Notes: generated by a model not told the origin, from the sequence alone. A stretch of 64,000 bases of DNA from Sphingobacteriaceae bacterium (GCA_046345155.1 JBKDKI010000003.1:2026-66025), one strand, 5' to 3'; shown: positions 16,189 to 26,569, counted from the first letter of the stretch. A program made the numbers and translations.

Positions 16189-17397
16189 ATGCAAAAAATC
16201 AAAATAGGCGTTCTGAGAGAAGAGAAAAGTCCTCCCGATAAGCGTGTACCGCTTACGCCACTTATTTGTTCTGAATTAACACGTAAATACACCAATATTG
16301 AAATTGTTGTGCAACCGAGTAAGATACGTTGCTATTCCGATGATGAATATACCGCTTTTGGTATCACATTACAGGAAGATCTGAATGATTGTGATGTGTT
16401 GATGGGTGTTAAAGAAGTACCTTATGATAAACTGATACCAAATAAAAAATATTTCTTTTTTTCGCACACCATTAAAAAGCAACCTCACAATAAAAAATTG
16501 ATGAAGGCTTTGATCGAGAAAAAGGTACAGATGATCGATTACGAAACATTGACGGATAAAAACCATAACCGTATCATTGGCTTTGGTCGTTATGCCGGAG
16601 TTGTTGGTGCCTACAATGGTATTTTAGGTTACGGATTAAAATATGACCTGTTCCGTTTAAAGCCCGCGAATTTATGTCGCGATAGAGCAGAGATGGAGGA
16701 GGAATTAAAACGTGTGAAACTGCCTAATATTAAAATATGTTTAACAGGCGGTGGTCGTGTTGCCAATGGCGCTATTGAAACCTTAAGTGCATTGCGTATT
16801 CGTAAAGTAACTGCCGATGAGTTTTTAATGGCATCATTCCGCGAACCGGTGTATTGCCAGTTAAATCCACGTGATTATGTGGAAAGACCGGATGATCATA
16901 ACTTCGACCTTAATGATTTCTTTAAACACCCGGAGCACTTTGTTTCAAAATTTCCGGCCTATACAAAAGTTACCGATCTCTTCATCTCGGCTCATTACTG
17001 GGATCCGCGTTCTCCGAAAATGTTTGATACAGCAGATATGAAACAGCCCGATTTTAGAATGAGTGTGATTGCCGATATTACCTGTGATATTGATGGAAGT
17101 GTACCAACAACCATTCGTTCGAGTACCATTTCGCAGCCATTTTACGGATACAATATCAAGCAGGATAAAGAAGACCTTCCGTTCAATAAGGATACAATTT
17201 GTATTATGGCCGTTGATAATTTACCATGTGAATTACCTCGTGATGCCAGTGATGATTTTGGAAAAGATCTAACGGAACGCGTGTTGCCATTTTTAGTTCA
17301 GGAAGATACAGATAAGGTGATCGATCGTGCTACCATATGTAAGGATGGAAAATTAACTGAAGGATTCAATTACTTGAGCGATTACGCTTACTCCTAA
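16189..17397 (+). CDS. AlaDh/PNT-family NAD(P)-dependent oxidoreductase (saccharopine dehydrogenase / lysine-ketoglutarate reductase-like)
   Basis: IGVLREEKSPPDKRVPLTP, GVKEVP, FFSHTIKKQPHN, IDYETL, TGGGRVANG, IADITCD, MAVDNLPCELPRDAS. Start reassigned to MQKIKIG. Confidence 0.88.
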   Translation: MQKIKIGVLREEKSPPDKRVPLTPLICSELTRKYTNIEIVVQPSKIRCYSDDEYTAFGITLQEDLNDCDVLMGVKEVPYDKLIPNKKYFFFSHTIKKQPHNKKLMKALIEKKVQMIDYETLTDKNHNRIIGFGRYAGVVGAYNGILGYGLKYDLFRLKPANLCRDRAEMEEELKRVKLPNIKICLTGGGRVANGAIETLSALRIRKVTADEFLMASFREPVYCQLNPRDYVERPDDHNFDLNDFFKHPEHFVSKFPAYTKVTDLFISAHYWDPRSPKMFDTADMKQPDFRMSVIADITCDIDGSVPTTIRSSTISQPFYGYNIKQDKEDLPFNKDTICIMAVDNLPCELPRDASDDFGKDLTERVLPFLVQEDTDKVIDRATICKDGKLTEGFNYLSDYAYS

Positions 17398-17398
17398 T

Positions 17399-18823
17399 TT
17401 AAAACCCTGAAGCAAAGTGGATGAAAAATCCGCTTTGCTTCATTTTATTGATGCTGTATTCCATTCGCATCACAAAATCATAATACGTTATCAGATCAAG
17501 TCCAACACCATAACCATATTGCCAGTTATTGGCAAATGTGTTTTGCTGATGATAATATTTTTCCTGAACTCTTCCTGCATCTATAAATAAATTCACGTAA
17601 GCATAAAACGGAATTGTGCTGAACGATCTCAGTTTTTTAAGCTTATCTATTTCGTGAAATTTCGGCTTAATGAGTTCAAATCGCAAACTGTTTTTTGTAA
17701 GGAAAAAATTCTGACCGTCGATCACATTGTACTCGTATCCTCTTATGAAATTTGAATAACCCAAAGCCTGATTGTAAATAAATGGCACTTGTTGTTCGGT
17801 ATTAACCAGGCGCCCACGCCATAAAGTTGCTAAATTAAATTTGGAATGTAGGGGTATAAATTCTTTGAATGTTAAAATAGTTTGCGCATAATCTAAAGGC
17901 GAATCATCCTTGGTATTCAATCCGTCTTTTGAAATGGTGAGATCAAGCACAGTTCCTTTTAAAGGATATACTTTGTTATCACGATCATCATAAGTAGCGC
18001 GGTAACTCAATGAAATAAATGAAAGTGTATTGTTTGAGTTGATCAGGTAATTAGGGTTGAGTGAGTTGATACGATCAGATACCCAAACATGATATGCGCC
18101 AACATCAAAAGCGTGATATTCAAATAAGCGTGGACGAAAGAATAAACCGGCCCTCACGCTGTTATCTATTCTTAAATGCGAAACATCATCCACAACAAAT
18201 TGCTGTTTGTTTTGAGTAGTTGTGTATTGTAGTTTGTTGAATTCGTTAAAAGCATATTGTACATAGGAGCCTAACGTTTGCTTTTTATTAAGGTAAGGTA
18301 AGCGGTAATTGATCACCAACTGATCGGCATAACCTGTTCTGAATTGTAATAATAATCTATCCTTTACACCTGAGAAATTCTCCAAACTTAGTTGCAAACC
18401 ATAGGCCAACCTGCTAACATCCTTATTTTGCCACCAGGCGTTTACGTTTCTGTCTAAATAACCAACAAACGGTATTGGCCAAATATACCAGCGCTCTTTT
18501 ACTTTTATTTTGTAATTCACCAGTTTGCTGCTGTCGTTTACATTGCATGCAATTGAATCGTAAATAAAAAGCTGAGTATTAAAGATGTTGTATTCCTGGC
18601 GCTGGTTTAGGCGTGTAATATTCTTTAATAAAAAAGTATCCTGTTCTTTTTTAATTAATTCGCGCAGTATAATTCGGTCTTTTGTTTTTCTATTACCGGT
18701 AATTTCTATTTTACCAATTTTGTAATAAGCATTACTGTCTGCAGTTTGCGAATGAACCGTAGAACACGTTAGGAGGAATAAAACAAAAACTGTTTTATAT
18801 ATTAAGGAAGTGTAAAAATTCAT
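17399..18823 (-). CDS. POTRA-domain / BamA-TamA-like outer membrane protein
   Basis: IGKIEITGNRKTKDRIILREL POTRA motif, VKERWYIWP, IRGYE barrel motif, C-terminal Phe. Confidence 0.85.
   Translation of the reverse strand: MNFYTSLIYKTVFVLFLLTCSTVHSQTADSNAYYKIGKIEITGNRKTKDRIILRELIKKEQDTFLLKNITRLNQRQEYNIFNTQLFIYDSIACNVNDSSKLVNYKIKVKERWYIWPIPFVGYLDRNVNAWWQNKDVSRLAYGLQLSLENFSGVKDRLLLQFRTGYADQLVINYRLPYLNKKQTLGSYVQYAFNEFNKLQYTTTQNKQQFVVDDVSHLRIDNSVRAGLFFRPRLFEYHAFDVGAYHVWVSDRINSLNPNYLINSNNTLSFISLSYRATYDDRDNKVYPLKGTVLDLTISKDGLNTKDDSPLDYAQTILTFKEFIPLHSKFNLATLWRGRLVNTEQQVPFIYNQALGYSNFIRGYEYNVIDGQNFFLTKNSLRFELIKPKFHEIDKLKKLRSFSTIPFYAYVNLFIDAGRVQEKYYHQQNTFANNWQYGYGVGLDLITYYDFVMRMEYSINKMKQSGFFIHFASGF
17408..17449 (+). 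terminator. Intrinsic terminator embedded in the 3' end of the antisense gene
   Basis: tgaagcaaagtggat-gaaaa-atccgctttgcttca-ttttatt; 15-bp stem with one U-G pair. Confidence 0.75.
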
Positions 18824-19457
18824 TGAGTTTATCCTTCAAACCGGTTTCAAAATCGCTTTGATGGAATGTTGCCTTAACTGTATAGTTGTATCGGTTAAAT
18901 GTTTGAATGATACGCGACATATCTTCTTTATTCACCTTTATTGTAACTTCTAGTTTAACGCTATCCGGAACTGATGATACATGCAGACTTAAAATTTTCG
19001 CATCATTTCCTTCAATGATATTTCCTATTTGAGTAACCGAATAATCGTTTTGATTCAATTCAAGCACAATAACTCCACCCGGGTTTTGAATGGCTGTCAT
19101 GTTACTTAAATTTTGTACAATTCCTTTTAAAGTAATACATCCTTTGTACATTTCTTTTTCATCAAGTACAGGTATCAGGGTCAGGTTTAAACTGTTCATT
19201 AATTTTACCAGATCATAGGTGTGTTGGTAGTGATGAATGATCGGTTTCATTAATGGAACTTTAATATCACTTATTTTTTGTTCAGGATGTTCGTAATCCA
19301 TCAGATCATTCTCACTTACAATTCCGATCAGCTCTCTGTCGTTAACTACGGCCAAATGCGATACTTTGAATTGTTCCATCCAATCCAATGCCAACTCCAC
19401 TGTGTCTGATGTTTTTAATGGAGGAATCTCGTCTGTTATTAATTCGGAAACAAGCAT
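18795..19457 (-). CDS. CBS-domain protein (AcuB-like)
   Basis: Tandem CBS motifs (PPLKTSDTV...HLAVVN...IGIVSENDL; IPVLD...GCITL) plus a C-terminal ACT-like domain. Confidence 0.88.
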   Translation of the reverse strand: MLVSELITDEIPPLKTSDTVELALDWMEQFKVSHLAVVNDRELIGIVSENDLMDYEHPEQKISDIKVPLMKPIIHHYQHTYDLVKLMNSLNLTLIPVLDEKEMYKGCITLKGIVQNLSNMTAIQNPGGVIVLELNQNDYSVTQIGNIIEGNDAKILSLHVSSVPDSVKLEVTIKVNKEDMSRIIQTFNRYNYTVKATFHQSDFETGLKDKLNEFLHFLNI

Positions 19458-19512
19458 ATTATTTGTCCAAATTTACTAATTTAATTACTAGTTTTACATC
19501 AAATTTTGAAGG

Positions 19513-20229
19513 ATGACCAAGCTAAGTGTTAATATTAATAAAATTGCAACCCTGCGTAATTCAAGAGGAGGAAACACACCAAATGTTTTACAATGTGCAT
19601 TAGACATTGAACGCTTTGGTGCCGAGGGTATTACAGTGCATCCTCGTCCGGATGAGCGCCACATTCGTTACAGTGATGTAATTGAATTGGCCCCGCTTTT
19701 AAAAACAGAATTTAATATTGAAGGTAATCCGGTTGAAGATAAATTTGTTGATCTTGTATTAAAGGTGAAACCCGCGCAGGTTACGCTTGTTCCCGATTCA
19801 GAAGGGCAGCTTACATCTGATCACGGGTGGGATACCATTAAGCATAAACATTATTTGATTGATATCATTGAAACCTTCAAATCAAAAGGTATTCGCACAA
19901 GTATATTTGTTGATCCGGATGTAAAGATGGTAGAAGGTGCACTGGAGACTGGAACAGATCGAATAGAGCTTTATACAGAGGCCTACGCGCATCAATTTGC
20001 GAAGAACAAAGAAGCGGCAATAAAACCTTTTATTGAAGCGGCACACACTGCTCAAAAATTAGGGTTAGGAATTAATGCAGGTCATGATCTGAGTTTGCAA
20101 AATTTAAAATATTTCAAACAACATATTCCCGGCTTATTAGAGGTTTCTATTGGTCACGCCCTGATAAGCGATTCGCTATACTTTGGTTTAGAGAATACCG
20201 TGCAAATGTACTTACGAGAATTAAAATAA
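19513..20229 (+). CDS. pdxJ: Pyridoxine 5'-phosphate synthase
   Basis: LSVNINKIATLRNSRG, GITVHPRPDERHI, NAGHDL, EVSIGHALI. Confidence 0.97.
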   Translation: MTKLSVNINKIATLRNSRGGNTPNVLQCALDIERFGAEGITVHPRPDERHIRYSDVIELAPLLKTEFNIEGNPVEDKFVDLVLKVKPAQVTLVPDSEGQLTSDHGWDTIKHKHYLIDIIETFKSKGIRTSIFVDPDVKMVEGALETGTDRIELYTEAYAHQFAKNKEAAIKPFIEAAHTAQKLGLGINAGHDLSLQNLKYFKQHIPGLLEVSIGHALISDSLYFGLENTVQMYLRELK

Positions 20230-20243
20230 AAATTAACAGATCA

Positions 20244-20310
20244 CAAATTGCAGATGGAGCAAATTAAAATTGTTACAAATCTGCAATTTGCAAATTTGCA
20301 ATCTGCAATC
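20244..20310. repeat. 12-bp inverted repeat plus heptamer-like AATCTGC/AATTTGC repeats
   Basis: caaattgcagat (20244-20255) pairs with atctgcaatttg (20279-20290), followed by caaatttgcaatctgcaatc. Confidence 0.55.
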
Positions 20311-20312
20311 AC

Positions 20313-21080
20313 ATGAAATTAGCTTACAGAGAATACGGACAAGGTCAACCGCTTATTATTTTACATGGTTTATTCGGACAAAGTGATAATTGGAATACGC
20401 TTGCAAAAGGTTTTGGAGAGAAAGGATTTCGCACGTTTACTATTGATCAGCGAAATCATGGCCTGTCTCCACACAGCGATCTATGGACCTATGAACACAT
20501 GGCACACGATCTATATGAATTTATTAAGGAACATGATCTGAAGGATCCGATCTTATTAGGACATAGCATGGGAGGAAAAACGGTGATGTTCTTTGAAAGT
20601 CATTATCCGGAAGTGGCATCAAAGGTTATTATTTGTGATATTGCTGCCAGAGCGTATCCGCCTCACCATAACGAAGTACTAAAGGCTTTGCATTCGGTTG
20701 ATTTTAATGCAGTAAAAACACGTAAAGAAGCAGAAGCTTCATTAGGATTACATATCAGTGATTTTGGCACGAAACAATTTTTGCTCAAGAATATTTATTG
20801 GAAGGATACAGATAATAACATCATGGATTGGCGCTTTAATTTGAAAGTGATCAGTGATAATTACGATAATATCAGTTGTCCTGTTCCTGAATACTCCAGT
20901 GATAAGCCGTGTTTGGTTGTTAAAGGCGGAAAATCGCATTATATTGTAGAAACAGATGAGGCAGATTTTAAGAAACGTTACCCTCGTGCTGAATTCGAAA
21001 CAATTGCTGATGCCGGTCATTGGGTGCATGCCGAAAAGCCGAAGGAGTTCTTTGACGCTGTAATGAATTTTATAGCTTAA
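20313..21080 (+). CDS. Alpha/beta hydrolase (YbfF-like esterase)
   Basis: LHGLFG, DQRNHG, GHSMGGK nucleophile elbow, AGHWVHAE. Confidence 0.92.
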   Translation: MKLAYREYGQGQPLIILHGLFGQSDNWNTLAKGFGEKGFRTFTIDQRNHGLSPHSDLWTYEHMAHDLYEFIKEHDLKDPILLGHSMGGKTVMFFESHYPEVASKVIICDIAARAYPPHHNEVLKALHSVDFNAVKTRKEAEASLGLHISDFGTKQFLLKNIYWKDTDNNIMDWRFNLKVISDNYDNISCPVPEYSSDKPCLVVKGGKSHYIVETDEADFKKRYPRAEFETIADAGHWVHAEKPKEFFDAVMNFIA

Positions 21081-21326
21081 AATTCGTCTAATAAATCAGG
21101 CAATTCAGAGAAAAAATTTCAAAAAGCAATATTATTTGGTCATCTTCGATACTATGCAAAAATTTTTACTCGTTAAGCTTTCAAAATACAATCAAACCGA
21201 TCTGAGTTTTTTGAATGAACTTCCTGTTAAAGCACTTTATGTTTTTGTTATCGGATTTATCTACTTCATATCGAAGTAAATCTTCCCTTTATTTCATTTC
21301 TCTTAATTATCTCTTACCTTTACCTT

Positions 21327-22499
21327 GTGTATAGTAAGATCATTTTAAATAAAGGTAAAGAGCAATCGTTGCTTCGTTTGCATCCCTGGGTGTTTTCGGG
21401 CGCCATAAAAAGTAAAGAAGCCGGACTAAAAGACGGTGACCTGGTTGAAGTATTCTCATTTGAGAATAAATTCTTAGGTACCGGTTATTACGCCAATGGC
21501 AGTATTGCTGTACGTTTGATATCCTTTAAACAATTGGAGATCAATGATGATTTTTGGTATGAAAAAATAAATAAAGCGTATCAATACCGCGTTGCATTGG
21601 GCATTATCAATGAGCAAACCAATGTGTATCGTTTGTTCTTTGGTGAAGGTGATGGCGTTCCTGCATTGGTTATAGATAATTATAACGGACACATTGTATT
21701 ACAAGCACACAACATTGGCGTTTATTATCAACGTGAAAAAATTGTAAATGCGCTTAAAAAAGTTTTTGGTACTAACTTAAAAAGCATTTACGATAAAAGT
21801 TCTGAGACCATTTCTCAGAAAAATAATGTAACTATTAAGAATGAGTTCTTGGTTGGAGATGCAGCTAATACAGTGGTTGTAGAAAATGGCGTTAAATTTT
21901 TGGTAGATTGGAGCATTGGACAGAAAACCGGATTTTTTATTGATCAGCGCGATAACCGAAAATTATTGGGTACTTACTCAAAAGGCAAAACGGTTTTAAA
22001 TACTTTTTCATATACCGGAGGTTTCTCTATTTATGCTGCATTGGCCGGTGCAAAAACGGTTCATTCGGTAGATGTGAGTGCTCCTGCCATTGCCATTGGC
22101 GATAAAAATGCCGAATTGAACGGTTTAACCAATCACCAGTCATTTGTGGAAGACACCTTTGATTTTTTAAAGGATAAAAAAGATGTGTATGATGTGATCG
22201 TCCTCGATCCGCCCGCATTTGCAAAGAGCAGAGACGCCAAACATCAGGCAGTAAACGGTTACAAACGCTTAAATGCCCTGGCCATGAAACTGATCAAACA
22301 AAACGGCATCATATTTACATTTAGTTGCAGTGGTGTGGTAGATAAGTTCCTTTTTTATAACACCATAACGGCTGCTGCCATGGAAGCAAAACGTAATATT
22401 AAAATTTTGCATTATCTGAACCAACCTGCCGATCACCCGGTAACACCCTATTTTCCTGAGGGTGAGTATTTAAAGGGCATGGTTCTGTGGGTTGAATAG
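21327..22499 (+). CDS. rlmI: Class I SAM-dependent rRNA methyltransferase (RlmI-like, PUA domain)
   Basis: HPWVFSGAI, GQKTGFFIDQRDNR, VLNTFSYTGGFS, DVIVLDPPAF, FTFSCS, YLKG. GTG start. Confidence 0.88.
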   Translation: MYSKIILNKGKEQSLLRLHPWVFSGAIKSKEAGLKDGDLVEVFSFENKFLGTGYYANGSIAVRLISFKQLEINDDFWYEKINKAYQYRVALGIINEQTNVYRLFFGEGDGVPALVIDNYNGHIVLQAHNIGVYYQREKIVNALKKVFGTNLKSIYDKSSETISQKNNVTIKNEFLVGDAANTVVVENGVKFLVDWSIGQKTGFFIDQRDNRKLLGTYSKGKTVLNTFSYTGGFSIYAALAGAKTVHSVDVSAPAIAIGDKNAELNGLTNHQSFVEDTFDFLKDKKDVYDVIVLDPPAFAKSRDAKHQAVNGYKRLNALAMKLIKQNGIIFTFSCSGVVDKFLFYNTITAAAMEAKRNIKILHYLNQPADHPVTPYFPEGEYLKGMVLWVE

Positions 22500-22562
22500 C
22501 CCGTTAAAATTCATTTTTTTACTACGGTCCTATTCATTAAATTTGTTACAAATACTATCAAA

Positions 22563-23543
22563 ATGATCAAAGATTGGACAAAAGAAGAAATTTTAGAGGT
22601 GTATAACACACCTTTGATGGAATTGATCTATCGCGCTGCAGAAGTACACAAGCAATATCATAAAGTTGGTGAAGTTCAGGTAAGTTCATTGCTTTCTATT
22701 AAAACAGGCGGATGCCCTGAAGATTGCGCTTATTGTCCGCAGGCTGCACGTTACCAAACCGAAGTGAAGGTTCAGAAATTGATGAGTGTGGCGGAGATAA
22801 ACGAAGCTGCAGATAATGCAAAAGCTGGTGGTGCAAGTCGCATGTGCTTGGGTGCTGCATGGAGAGAGGTTCGTGATAACCGCGATTTTGATAAGGTATT
22901 AGATATGGTACGCACCATTAACAGTAAGGGTATGGAAGTATGCGCTACTTTAGGTATGGTTACCGAAGAGCAAGCCAAAAAACTGGCAGATGCAGGTTTA
23001 TATGCCTACAATCATAATTTAGATACATCAGAAGAGAATTACAATAATATCATTTCTACTCGTACATACGATGATCGTTTAAAAACCCTAGGAAATGTTC
23101 GTAAAGCAGGTTTAACGGTTTGTTCAGGTGGCATCATTGGAATGGGTGAAACTGCTGAAGACAGAGTAGGGATGTTGTACACATTAAGTTTATTACGTCC
23201 GCAACCGGAGAGTGTTCCAATTAACGCTTTAGTTGCAGTTGAAGGCACACCATTGGAAGAGCAACCTCCCGTGCCAATTTGGGATATGGTGCGCATGATC
23301 GCTACAACCCGTATTGTAATACCAACAACTGCTGTTCGTTTAAGTGCAGGTCGCATGAGTATGAGTATGGAAGGCCAAGCATTGTGTTTTATGGCCGGAG
23401 CAAATTCAATTTTTGCGGGCGATAAATTATTAACTACTCCAAATCCTCGTTTCAATCAGGATATGCAAATGTTTGAGATCCTCGGATTAAAACCTAAAAA
23501 AGCATATGCAGACGTTCGCAAGGAAGAAGTAGTAAATTCATAA
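22563..23543 (+). CDS. bioB: Biotin synthase
   Basis: Radical SAM motif [41 protein letters not shown]. Confidence 0.97.
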   Translation: MIKDWTKEEILEVYNTPLMELIYRAAEVHKQYHKVGEVQVSSLLSIKTGGCPEDCAYCPQAARYQTEVKVQKLMSVAEINEAADNAKAGGASRMCLGAAWREVRDNRDFDKVLDMVRTINSKGMEVCATLGMVTEEQAKKLADAGLYAYNHNLDTSEENYNNIISTRTYDDRLKTLGNVRKAGLTVCSGGIIGMGETAEDRVGMLYTLSLLRPQPESVPINALVAVEGTPLEEQPPVPIWDMVRMIATTRIVIPTTAVRLSAGRMSMSMEGQALCFMAGANSIFAGDKLLTTPNPRFNQDMQMFEILGLKPKKAYADVRKEEVVNS

Positions 23544-23551
23544 GATGTTGA

Positions 23552-24682
23552 ATGGGCAAGGTTCCTTCAAACATTAGTAATGCTTTACAAAACAGATCTA
23601 AAGAGGGATTATTACGTTCACTAACCAATACACATAGTGGTATTGATTTTATTAGTAACGATTATCTGGGCTTTTCGAAGCTGGGCTTAGTTACCAAAAA
23701 AGCCAATCAATTATTTCCATATGAATTACTGGTAACCGGTTCGGGAGGATCACGCTTGATTAGCGGTAATACCACATTTATAGATTCAACAGAGAAAAAA
23801 ATTGCGGCATTTCATAATGCCGATTCAGCACTTATTTTTAATTCGGGTTACGATGCGAACCTGGGTTTGTTATCATCTGTTCCGCAAAAGAACGATCTGG
23901 TGATCACTGATGAATTGATACATGCTTCCTTGATAGATGGTGTGCGATTAAGTTACGCCAAGCATTATAAATTCAAGCATAATGATGTGAAACATTTGGA
24001 AGAGTTGTTAATGAGGCATGCCAATTCCTTTGAGAATGTATTTGTTGTGGTTGAAAGTGTTTATTCAATGGATGGAGATGAAGCTCCGTTATTGGATATT
24101 ACAGAGTTGATAGGGAAAGTTAAGAATGTGTTTTTGATTGTTGATGAAGCACATGCCATTGGCGTTTTCGGAAAAAGTGGAAAAGGTTTGTGTACTGAAT
24201 TGAATATTGAAAAGATGTGTTTTGCACGAATTTATACTTACGGAAAAGCATTGGGTTGTCATGGTGCCGCCATTGTTGGTTCTGAGGACCTGAGAAGTTA
24301 CCTGATAAATTTTGCACGCTCATTCATTTATACAACGGCGTTACCAAGTCATTCTATTGCTAATATTTCGGCAGGATATGAATTGTTGCTTGAGAATTCA
24401 CAGCACGATCAGCTGCAGAATAATATTGGTTACTTTGTTGAAAATGTAAAACATCATTTTAAATTCATTAAAAGCAGAAGCGCCATTCAGTGTTTATTAT
24501 TGAATGATCGTAAAAAGGCCGATGAACTTGAAAGAACGCTTCGGGTAAATAATATCTTATGCAAAGCTGTAAAAAGCCCAACGGTTAAAGAAGGTAGTGA
24601 GCGTATTCGATTTTGTTTACACGCATTCAATACCAAAAGTGAGATCGATCAATTAATAGAAGTTTTAAGTAAAAGCAAATGA
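23552..24682 (+). CDS. bioF: 8-amino-7-oxononanoate synthase
   Basis: DFISNDYLG, GSGGSRL, FNSGYDAN, HASLIDG, VDEAHA, TYGKALG (PLP lysine). Confidence 0.93.
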   Translation: MGKVPSNISNALQNRSKEGLLRSLTNTHSGIDFISNDYLGFSKLGLVTKKANQLFPYELLVTGSGGSRLISGNTTFIDSTEKKIAAFHNADSALIFNSGYDANLGLLSSVPQKNDLVITDELIHASLIDGVRLSYAKHYKFKHNDVKHLEELLMRHANSFENVFVVVESVYSMDGDEAPLLDITELIGKVKNVFLIVDEAHAIGVFGKSGKGLCTELNIEKMCFARIYTYGKALGCHGAAIVGSEDLRSYLINFARSFIYTTALPSHSIANISAGYELLLENSQHDQLQNNIGYFVENVKHHFKFIKSRSAIQCLLLNDRKKADELERTLRVNNILCKAVKSPTVKEGSERIRFCLHAFNTKSEIDQLIEVLSKSK

Positions 24683-25299
24683 AACGATTTTTTATTACAG
24701 GGATAGGAACCAATGTTGGCAAAACGTTTTGTTCGGCTATTTTAACGGAAGCATTGCAGGCAGATTATTGGAAGCCTGTTCAAACCGGGGTTATCGAAAG
24801 TGCGGATGTGAATGAGGTTTCACGTTTGATCACCAATCAACGTACCCAATTTCAACGTGAGGCCTATTCATTCACTGCTCCTGTTTCTCCGCATTTAGCG
24901 GCGGCCATTGAAAATGAGGAGATCGAATTAAGTAAGATCGAATTACCAAACACAGCCAATAACCTGATCATTGAAGGTGCCGGCGGAATTTTGGTGCCAT
25001 TGAATAAAACCCACTATGTGATCGACATCGCAAAAAAGTTTGATGCCGAGGTGATATTGGTTGTTAGAAATTATCTGGGTTGTATCAATCATTCGCTTTT
25101 ATCAATTGATTATTTACTTAAAAATAATTTCAAATTGAAAGGATTGATCTTGAATGGAAATTTTGATCCGATGGTTGAAGAAGCAATAATTAATTATGCC
25201 AATACCCCTGTACTTGCCAGGTTCTATGAAATGAGCAAGGTTAATGAGCAAGTGGTTTCTGATCTGGCACGAACCATTAATAAAGAATTGTTCTTATGA
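24679..25299 (+). CDS. bioD: Dethiobiotin synthase
   Basis: FITGIGTNVGKT, YWKPVQTG, SPHLAA, IIEGAGG, YLGCINHSLL. Confidence 0.96.
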   Translation: MKRFFITGIGTNVGKTFCSAILTEALQADYWKPVQTGVIESADVNEVSRLITNQRTQFQREAYSFTAPVSPHLAAAIENEEIELSKIELPNTANNLIIEGAGGILVPLNKTHYVIDIAKKFDAEVILVVRNYLGCINHSLLSIDYLLKNNFKLKGLILNGNFDPMVEEAIINYANTPVLARFYEMSKVNEQVVSDLARTINKELFL

Positions 25300-26564
25300 A
25301 TTGGTTAGAAAAAGATAAACAATTTGTTTGGCATCCGTTCACGCATCAAAAATCGGCACAAGCACCGGTTTTGATCAAAAGTGCAAGCGGGTTATATTTC
25401 ACTGATGAAAATGACAATAAGATCATGGATGCCATTTCGAGTTGGTGGGTTAATTTGCACGGTCATGCGCATCCTTATATTTCACAAAAGGTAAGTGAGC
25501 AAGTAACTAGTTTAGAACACGCCATATTTAGTGATTTCACACATCGCCCGGCAATTGAATTGGCAGAACGGTTATTAAAGCATTTACCATCCAATCAATC
25601 CAAAGTGTTTTATTCGGATAATGGTTCAACTGCAGTTGAGGTGGCATTAAAAATGACCTTTCAATTCTGGCACAATCAAGGAACACCAAAATCATTATTC
25701 ATTGCTTTTGAAAATGCGTATCATGGTGATACCTTTGGTGGAATGAGTGTTGGAGCGCGTAATGTTTTTAATAACGCTTTCGAAAATCAGCTATTTAATG
25801 TTGCACATATTCCTTTACCTGCCAAGGAGAATATTCATCAAATAAAAGAAGTGCTGAGTGATTGGGTGCAAAATCATTCCATTGCCGGATTTATTTTTGA
25901 ACCTTTAGTTCAAGGTGCTGCTGGTATGTTAATGTATGAACATCACTTATTGGATGAGCTTATACTTTTTTGTAAGGAAAATGATATTATTACCATTGCC
26001 GATGAGGTAATGACAGGTTTTGGCAGAACAGGAACATTTTTTGCATCTGATCAATTACATAATAAACCGGACATCATTTGTTTATCAAAAGGACTAACCG
26101 GCGGATATATGCCATTGGGCGTTACAACGTGTGCGTCTTTTATTCATGAGGCATATTTGAGTGATGATAAAACAAAAACATTTTTTCACGGTCACAGTTA
26201 TACCGCAAATCCAACGGCATGCAGCGCCGCATTAGCTAGTTTAGATCTGATGGAAGAGGAGGAAACCTGGGCGCAAATTCGCATGATCGAAGAATCACAC
26301 CGTTTAATTTTCAATGAATTGAATCAATACAAAGCATGTGCCGATGTGCGCGTGAAAGGAACTATTTTGGCAATTGAATTGCGAACAGATGAGGCAACGC
26401 ATTATTTAAATTCGGCTTCAGAAGGTATTGCGGCTTATTTTTTAAAGAAGGGAATTTTATTACGCCCTTTAGGTAATGTGTTTTATGTGATACCGCCATA
26501 TTGTATATCAAAGGAAGAATTGAATAGGATCTATTCAACGATCAAAGAATTTTTGAATCAGTAG
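25296..26564 (+). CDS. bioA: Adenosylmethionine-8-amino-7-oxononanoate aminotransferase
   Basis: VWHPFT, DAISSWWVNLHGH, YHGDTFG, ADEVMTGFGRTG, LSKGLTGG, HGHSYTANP. Confidence 0.96.
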   Translation: MNWLEKDKQFVWHPFTHQKSAQAPVLIKSASGLYFTDENDNKIMDAISSWWVNLHGHAHPYISQKVSEQVTSLEHAIFSDFTHRPAIELAERLLKHLPSNQSKVFYSDNGSTAVEVALKMTFQFWHNQGTPKSLFIAFENAYHGDTFGGMSVGARNVFNNAFENQLFNVAHIPLPAKENIHQIKEVLSDWVQNHSIAGFIFEPLVQGAAGMLMYEHHLLDELILFCKENDIITIADEVMTGFGRTGTFFASDQLHNKPDIICLSKGLTGGYMPLGVTTCASFIHEAYLSDDKTKTFFHGHSYTANPTACSAALASLDLMEEEETWAQIRMIEESHRLIFNELNQYKACADVRVKGTILAIELRTDEATHYLNSASEGIAAYFLKKGILLRPLGNVFYVIPPYCISKEELNRIYSTIKEFLNQ

Positions 26565-26569
26565 TTCTA

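Noticed and set aside
16093-16295. Long overlapping N-terminal extensions of the S41 and dehydrogenase ORFs
   Set aside because: They arise from upstream alternative start codons. The ATGs at 16157 (-) and 16189 (+) give a signal peptide and a family-typical N-terminus without overlap.
20313-21080. Esterase as the missing BioH
   Set aside because: Motifs fit the YbfF-like family (HGLFG, GHSMGG), the pdxJ linkage is typical, and it is separated from the bio operon by rlmI.
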